Positions 58,646 to 64,000 of a stretch of DNA of 64,000 nucleotides are shown in pieces (position 1 is the stretch's first letter; every line of letters begins with the position of its first letter). The position numbers and the translations under genes are program-made. The notes beneath the pieces are model-generated. The model made no database searches, was not told where the DNA came from, and was given only the letters and a program-made list of their open reading frames with translations. Where the stretch lies: the NCBI GenBank assembly GCA_965219685.1, contig CBDCOH010000002.1, positions 1,024,001 through 1,088,000 on the forward strand, read 5' to 3'. The DNA is from Candidatus Spongiisociaceae bacterium (GTDB lineage Bacteria > Actinomycetota > Acidimicrobiia > Spongiisociales > Spongiisociaceae).

Positions 58646-59581
58646 TCAATGGGTGAGCAGTGGCAGCTGCTCGACCGTCCCCCTCGCGCTCCCCTCTTCC
58701 CAGGACACCGTTACCTGCGTCCCCGGCGGGGCCTCCCGCCGGATCAGGGCCAGGGCGACCGGGACTCCGGTTGACGGGCTCTCCCCCACCGATGTGAGTG
58801 TTCCTACCACCTTGCCCGCATGTGTGACCTTTGCCCCGGAGGGCGGGGCCGGCCCTTCGAGCATCCGCACCCCCCTGAGGTTCCGGTTCACGCGCCCCCG
58901 GCTGTCGATGCGCGCCACCAGTTCCTGGCCGAGGAAGCACCCCTTGGTGAACGACACGGCCTCGGGGACCAGACCGGACTCCTGGGGGATGGTCTTGTGA
59001 TCGATGTCGAGGCCGAAGCGGGGTTCTCCGGTCTCGATTCGCAGCGTGGTATGGGCATGCCGGCCGATGGGCTGCAGACCGCGGTGCTCCAGGTCGGAGA
59101 CTCCGAGACCGGCGACCAGGCGATGACGGAGCGGCTTTCCGCTCACCTCCGCCACCAGGATCCCGTCCTCGTCGGTCCAGCCGCCGGCGACGTCGAGCAT
59201 GGACGGGGCCGGACCCCATACATCGAACACCTCGCGGGCATCCGGCACCAGATCGACATCCACCCGCAGGCGCCAGCGTGACAGGGTCCGGATGGTCTCC
59301 TCCCGGCGGGCGGCTCCGGTCACGATTCCCACCCGGTCCTCTCCCCGCAGCAACCACAGCAGCGCCTCCAGTTTTCCGCGGGGCTGGAGAAGGAACGACC
59401 GCGCCACACGTCCCGGCGGCAGGGCCTCGACGTCCTGGCTGAGGATGTTCTGGAGGAAGGCGACCGTGTCTGGTCCCACGGCCCAGAACAGTCCGCTCAC
59501 TCCCCCCACGAACCCGGCGTCGTGGCGGCCTACCGCGTACTCGACGGCGGGGTCGCCGAACGACTCGGGCCACGGGCTCAC
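58646..59581 (-). CDS. ygfZ: Folate-binding protein, YgfZ/GcvT family
   Basis: KGCFLGQE signature; GTG start overlaps the trpE stop. Confidence 0.9.
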   Translation of the reverse strand: MSPWPESFGDPAVEYAVGRHDAGFVGGVSGLFWAVGPDTVAFLQNILSQDVEALPPGRVARSFLLQPRGKLEALLWLLRGEDRVGIVTGAARREETIRTLSRWRLRVDVDLVPDAREVFDVWGPAPSMLDVAGGWTDEDGILVAEVSGKPLRHRLVAGLGVSDLEHRGLQPIGRHAHTTLRIETGEPRFGLDIDHKTIPQESGLVPEAVSFTKGCFLGQELVARIDSRGRVNRNLRGVRMLEGPAPPSGAKVTHAGKVVGTLTSVGESPSTGVPVALALIRREAPPGTQVTVSWEEGSARGTVEQLPLLTH

Positions 59582-61056
59582 ACCGACTCCGCGCCCACGA
59601 TCGCCGCCAGAGCCGCGGCGGCCTTGGCCTCGGTCTCCCGGTACTCGGTCGTCGGGTCCGAGTCGGCTACCAGGCCCGCCCCCGCCTGGATCCAAGCGGT
59701 GCCATCTGCGATTACCACCGTTCTCAGACAGATCGCCGTGTCGACGTTCCCGCTGAAGTCCAGGTATCCGGCTGCGCCCGCGTACGGTCCCCGTGTCACG
59801 GGCTCCAACTCGTCGATGATCTCCATGGCCCGGACCTTGGGAGCACCGGACACGGTGCCGTGCGGGAACACCGCACGGATCACGTCGACGGGCCCGTGGC
59901 CGTCTCCCAGGCGTCCCGAGACGCCCGACACGATGTGCATCACGTGGGAGTACCTTTCCACCACCATCAGGTCGTCCACCTTGACCGAGCCGAAGTTGCA
60001 CACCCTGCCGAGGTCGTTACGGGCCAGGTCGATGAGCATGACATGTTCCGCCCTCTCCTTCGGGTCGGCCAGCATCTCCTTCTCCAGCGCAAGGTCCTCC
60101 TCCTCGGTGGCGCCGCGGGGTCGGGTCCCGGCGATGGGCCGGGAGTAGACGGTTCCGTCCCGGACCCGGGTCATGAGCTCGGGTGACGAACCGGCCACGG
60201 TGACCTCCGGATGGTGGAGGTAGAAGAGGAACGGGGAGGGGTTTATCAGGCGCAGCGCCCGGTAGATGTTGAAGGGGTCGCCTTCGAAGGGGGTGGCGAG
60301 GCGCTGGCTCAGCACTACCTGGTAGGCGTCACCGGCCCTTATGTAGTCCTTCACCACCCTGACGGCGTCCTCGAAGACATCCCGGGTCATCGTCGACGTG
60401 AACGACGGCCGGCTGGAGGTGGACCGGTGGAAGGGCCCGGCCGGCCGGTAGCGAAGGGCCATGCCGAGGCGGTCGGCCGCGGCGCGAAGGCGGTCGGCCG
60501 CGTTCTCGTAGGCGGCGTCGAGATCCTCCTCGAGGTCCGTGAAGACATTCCGGACGAGAGTGATGGTCTGGCCGAAGTGGTCGAGCGCGGCCAGACTGCC
60601 GACGAACTGCCACATCATCTCTGGCAGGCCCCGGTCGTCGGCGGGCTGGTCGGGTAGGTGCTCGACGTAGCGGACCATGTCGTAGGAGAGGTATCCCACC
60701 GCTCCCGAGTGCAGCGGTGGAAGGCCGGCGATCGGGCCCGTGTCGTAGCGGGCCAGCAACTGTTCCAGAACCGTGAGCGGGTCGCCGCCGGGGAGTTCGA
60801 GGCGAGGATCGTCCACGCGGGTGACCCCGTGGTAGCTGGTGACCGTGAACACCGGATCCCATCCGAGGAACGACCACTGCGCCCACCTCTCGCCCCCCTC
60901 GAGGGATTCGAGCAGGAATCCGGGCCGGTCGCCGACCAGTTTGCCGTAGACACTGACCGGGGTCTCCCGGTCGGACAGCAACGACATGGTCACCGGAACC
61001 ACGGGTAAAGACTCCGCCATACGGCGGAACCCGGCAAGGTCGGGGCTTATCTCCAT
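59578..61056 (-). CDS. trpE: Anthranilate synthase component I
   Basis: LLES, YQVVLSQR, SSPE, PIAGTRPRG, EHVMLIDLARND, GAPKVRAMEII. Confidence 0.96.
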   Translation of the reverse strand: MEISPDLAGFRRMAESLPVVPVTMSLLSDRETPVSVYGKLVGDRPGFLLESLEGGERWAQWSFLGWDPVFTVTSYHGVTRVDDPRLELPGGDPLTVLEQLLARYDTGPIAGLPPLHSGAVGYLSYDMVRYVEHLPDQPADDRGLPEMMWQFVGSLAALDHFGQTITLVRNVFTDLEEDLDAAYENAADRLRAAADRLGMALRYRPAGPFHRSTSSRPSFTSTMTRDVFEDAVRVVKDYIRAGDAYQVVLSQRLATPFEGDPFNIYRALRLINPSPFLFYLHHPEVTVAGSSPELMTRVRDGTVYSRPIAGTRPRGATEEEDLALEKEMLADPKERAEHVMLIDLARNDLGRVCNFGSVKVDDLMVVERYSHVMHIVSGVSGRLGDGHGPVDVIRAVFPHGTVSGAPKVRAMEIIDELEPVTRGPYAGAAGYLDFSGNVDTAICLRTVVIADGTAWIQAGAGLVADSDPTTEYRETEAKAAAALAAIVGAESV

Positions 61057-61155
61057 GGCCACACGTTACCGACGAGCAGAGCCGATCCAGAACCGGACCA
61101 ATCCCGACGGTGAGTCTCAGGCCGCGTCTGTGGACACGGCTTCCTCTGACGATCC

Positions 61156-61590
61156 CTACTCCTGGCGGTCAAGCCAGGTTTGCAGGGTCTGGGTGGTCCA
61201 AGTGGGAACGCCGGTGCCCAAGAAGTCGTTGTCGTTCGTCCAGATCGCTCCGTCCAGTGCCAGGGCACAGGCCACAGCCGGCCAGTCGGACTGATCGCGT
61301 TGTGATCGGGCCAGTGCCTCGTCCCTGAACGGGTAGTAGATCTCGGTGGCGACAACCGCCAGATTGTTGTCGACCGAATGGAGGCTCACCACTACCAGAT
61401 CATCACGGTCGACGGTGCTCAGACCTCGAGAGGATGCAAAGGCGCCTATACGTCGGGGTAATTCCACGTGCACCTCGGCCAGCATGTGTTCGGGGATGAA
61501 CAGTTCCAATCGGGGGTCCCCAAGCCTTTGCCTCCCCTTTGCCCGTAGAAGGTCCCCCACCAGCACGCTGGTGTCGACCACGAGCAGCAT
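61156..61590 (-). CDS. PIN domain toxin
   Basis: VVDTSVL, DQSDWPAVACAL, IWTNDNDF. Confidence 0.88.
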   Translation of the reverse strand: MLLVVDTSVLVGDLLRAKGRQRLGDPRLELFIPEHMLAEVHVELPRRIGAFASSRGLSTVDRDDLVVVSLHSVDNNLAVVATEIYYPFRDEALARSQRDQSDWPAVACALALDGAIWTNDNDFLGTGVPTWTTQTLQTWLDRQE

Positions 61591-61847
61591 CAGGCCTTCT
61601 GGTAGTCGTCGGGCGCCAGAGCGCGAACGAGTTCCTCCTCGCTCAGACCGGTGGTTTCCAGAACCCGTTCGACCACCTCTCCAACGCGATCGAACGACTC
61701 GATGATCTCTGTTCGGTTGTGCTTGGGTGTCGGAACCGGCACGAAGAACCCGACCGGCTTGCCGTTCCGTTCGATCCGGATCGTCTCACCGAGCTTCATC
61801 AAAGTGGTTGCATGATCCCTGAATTGCCTGATCCCGACAGCGCGCAC
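61590..61847 (-). CDS. Phd/YefM-like antitoxin
   Basis: [12 protein letters not shown]...IERNGKPVG; GGAGGT RBS; stop overlaps the PIN start. Confidence 0.82.
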   Translation of the reverse strand: MRAVGIRQFRDHATTLMKLGETIRIERNGKPVGFFVPVPTPKHNRTEIIESFDRVGEVVERVLETTGLSEEELVRALAPDDYQKA

Positions 61848-61975
61848 GGAAGACCTCCCCGATGTGACCACTAGTGTAGCCACGGCACCCTGGGTGGGTG
61901 TGGTCCCCGAGGTGCTCGCCGCCAGGAACGGCTTGTCTCCCGATCTATCCCGTTCCGTGGCTCTTGGTAGGTTCT

Positions 61976-64000
61976 TCAGCGGAAGTTGCGGGCTTGTAGC
62001 CGGTCGGTCGGGAGGGGGGTGAAGCCTCTGGCCACCAGGTTGGTCACGCCGTCGCGGTATTCGAGGATGCCCCGGATGATCAAGCCGGGGTTGCGGCGGG
62101 CGACCCTGCGGTGTTCCATCCAGATCTCCGGTAGCACCACCACGTTCAGCAGGCCGGTCTCGTCCTCGAGGTTGAAGAAGACGATGCCTCTGGAGGTGGC
62201 CGGACGCTGCCGGTGGGTGACCACTCCTCCTACCTCGATCCGGACGCCGTTGCGGCGTATTTCGAGTGCTTCGGCGACGGGGATACATCCGAGTTCCGCC
62301 AGCCGGGGGCGGGCGAAGTGCATGGGATGCTTGACCGACACTCCGGTGGCCCACAGTGATGCCTGGTGGACCTCCCGGTCCTTCATCGGCGCCAGCCGGG
62401 GCGGGTCCAGTCCGGGTACCAGCGGTAACCGCTCGGGACCGGCCCCGGCCATGGCGCCGGCCATCCACATGCCCTGGCGGGGGGATATCCCGAACGATCC
62501 GAAGGCGCCGGCGGCGGCCAGGCCCTCGAGGGTGTCCACCGCCAGCCCGGTGCGGTGGGCGAATTCGGTGGGATCGGAGAAGGCGCCACCGATCTGGCGG
62601 GCTGCCAGGATCCGTCTCGCCTCGGCTTCTCCCAGGTTGCGGACGTATCCCAGCCCGAGCCGGGCCGCCACCGGCTCCCGGATGGCGTCTTCGACCGGGC
62701 CCCTCCCGCGCCGCCAGCGCATCCCGAAGTGCTCCACGATGTCCTCCTCGGCGCACGCATGCGGTTCGACGGTGCACTCCTCCAGAGAGCGGTTCACGTC
62801 GGGGTCCAGCACCACCACCCCGTGGCGGAGGGCGTCCTGGACCAGGGAGTTCGGGGAGTAGAAGCCCATCGGCTGGGCGTTGAGCAGTCCGACCAGGAAC
62901 TCGGCCGGGTAGTGGTAGCGCAGCCAGGCCGACATGTAGACGATGTAGGCGAACGACACCGAGTGGCTCTCGGGGAAACCGAACGAGGCGAAACCCTGCA
63001 GCTTCTCCCAGATCTCGCGGGCGGCGGCGCCTGTCACTCCCTTGGAGCGCATCCCCTCGAACACCTCCTCCTCGAGTTGTGCCATCGCCTCGTCCGATCG
63101 CTTGTGGGTCATGGCGGAACGGAGCCGGTCGGACTGGCCCCCGTCGAAACCGGCGCACACGCGGGCCAGTTCCATGAGCTGCTCTTGGAAGACCGGCACG
63201 CCGAGGGTGCGCTCCAATATCGGTCGGGCCAGCGGATGGGGGTAGCGGACCGGTTCCTTCCCGTTGCGCCGACGCAGGTATGGATGGACCGAGGCGCCCT
63301 GGATGGGGCCGGGACGGATCAACGCCACCTGCACGGCCAGGTCGTAGAAGGTCCTGGGTTTGAGGCGCGGCAGGGTGGCCATCTGGGCCCTGGACTCGAC
63401 CTGGAACAGTCCCACGGTGTCGGCCCTGGTCAGCATCTCGTACACGGCTGGTTCCTGGGGAACGGTGGCCAGGTCGATCCGGTCGCCGTGGGCATCCTCG
63501 ATGATGTCCACGGTGAGATGCAAGGCATTCAGCATGCCCAGGCCCAGCAGGTCGAACTTGACGATCCCCATGGCGGCGCAGTCGTCCTTGTCCCATTGCA
63601 GCACCGTCCGGTTCTCCATGCGTCCCCACTCGACGGGCACCACCTGCCACAGCGGGCGGTCGGCGATGACCATGCCTCCCGAGTGGATTCCCAGGTGTCT
63701 GGGGAACCCGTCGAGGCGGCGGCAGATGTCGTAGACGAGTTCGGCGGTCAACCCGGCCGGGAGCGGATCCTCCAAGGGCAGTTCCGTGGGAGCGTGAGTG
63801 TCCACGTACCTGGTCATGCCGTCGGCCTGTGCCTGGGTGAAGCCGAAGGCCTTGGCCACGTCCTTGAGCACCGAACGGGCCCGGTAGGTGATCACGTTGG
63901 CGACCATGGCAGCCCGTTCCCGGCCGTACCGCCGGTAGCAATACTGGATGACCTCCTCGCGGCGCTCCGCCTCGAGATCCAGGTCGATGTCGGGGGGGCG
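61976..64000 (-). CDS. dnaE2: Error-prone DNA polymerase DnaE2 (5' part outside window)
   Basis: [63 protein letters not shown]. Confidence 0.95.
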   Translation of the reverse strand, partial: RPPDIDLDLEAERREEVIQYCYRRYGRERAAMVANVITYRARSVLKDVAKAFGFTQAQADGMTRYVDTHAPTELPLEDPLPAGLTAELVYDICRRLDGFPRHLGIHSGGMVIADRPLWQVVPVEWGRMENRTVLQWDKDDCAAMGIVKFDLLGLGMLNALHLTVDIIEDAHGDRIDLATVPQEPAVYEMLTRADTVGLFQVESRAQMATLPRLKPRTFYDLAVQVALIRPGPIQGASVHPYLRRRNGKEPVRYPHPLARPILERTLGVPVFQEQLMELARVCAGFDGGQSDRLRSAMTHKRSDEAMAQLEEEVFEGMRSKGVTGAAAREIWEKLQGFASFGFPESHSVSFAYIVYMSAWLRYHYPAEFLVGLLNAQPMGFYSPNSLVQDALRHGVVVLDPDVNRSLEECTVEPHACAEEDIVEHFGMRWRRGRGPVEDAIREPVAARLGLGYVRNLGEAEARRILAARQIGGAFSDPTEFAHRTGLAVDTLEGLAAAGAFGSFGISPRQGMWMAGAMAGAGPERLPLVPGLDPPRLAPMKDREVHQASLWATGVSVKHPMHFARPRLAELGCIPVAEALEIRRNGVRIEVGGVVTHRQRPATSRGIVFFNLEDETGLLNVVVLPEIWMEHRRVARRNPGLIIRGILEYRDGVTNLVARGFTPLPTDRLQARNFR

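Noticed and set aside
61590-63941. 783-aa ORF overlapping dnaE2
   Set aside because: Alternative-frame GC-rich read-through; only the last 85 codons (antitoxin, with its own RBS) look real.

Overview
High-GC actinobacterial chromosome segment, probably Acidimicrobiia (inferred from mycothiol-dependent dehydrogenase, an F420-type LLM enzyme and PTTT-linker lipoproteins). Core genes: secG-gpmA-tpiA-pgk-rapZ-uvrC, uvrA, uvrB-coaE-rpsA-polA, lepA, trpE-ygfZ-trpC-trpF-trpB-trpA, partial dnaE2 and two tRNA-Leu. Accessory content: ABC transporters, two toxin-antitoxin pairs and a decayed integrative element at tRNA-Leu(CAA). Three candidate novel systems stand out. (1) More than 12 intergenic heptamer arrays (TGGTGAA, TAGTTGG and variants) follow a polarity rule: the G-rich strand starts at stop codons and the C-rich strand ends at -10-like hexamers or start codons. 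They form inverted pairs around inserts, including a four-helix-bundle (IVP/Avd-like) gene and a 68-bp core present twice at 81% identity. (2) A ProX-type betaine-binding domain is fused to a GluR0-like K+ channel (TVGYG filter), divergent from a BCCT transporter plus ProX lipoprotein. (3) A 1706-aa DEDDh exonuclease-DinG-RecQ fusion is paired with a UvrD-like helicase carrying a degenerate NERD-like domain. Family calls come from motif recognition by eye, without database searches.
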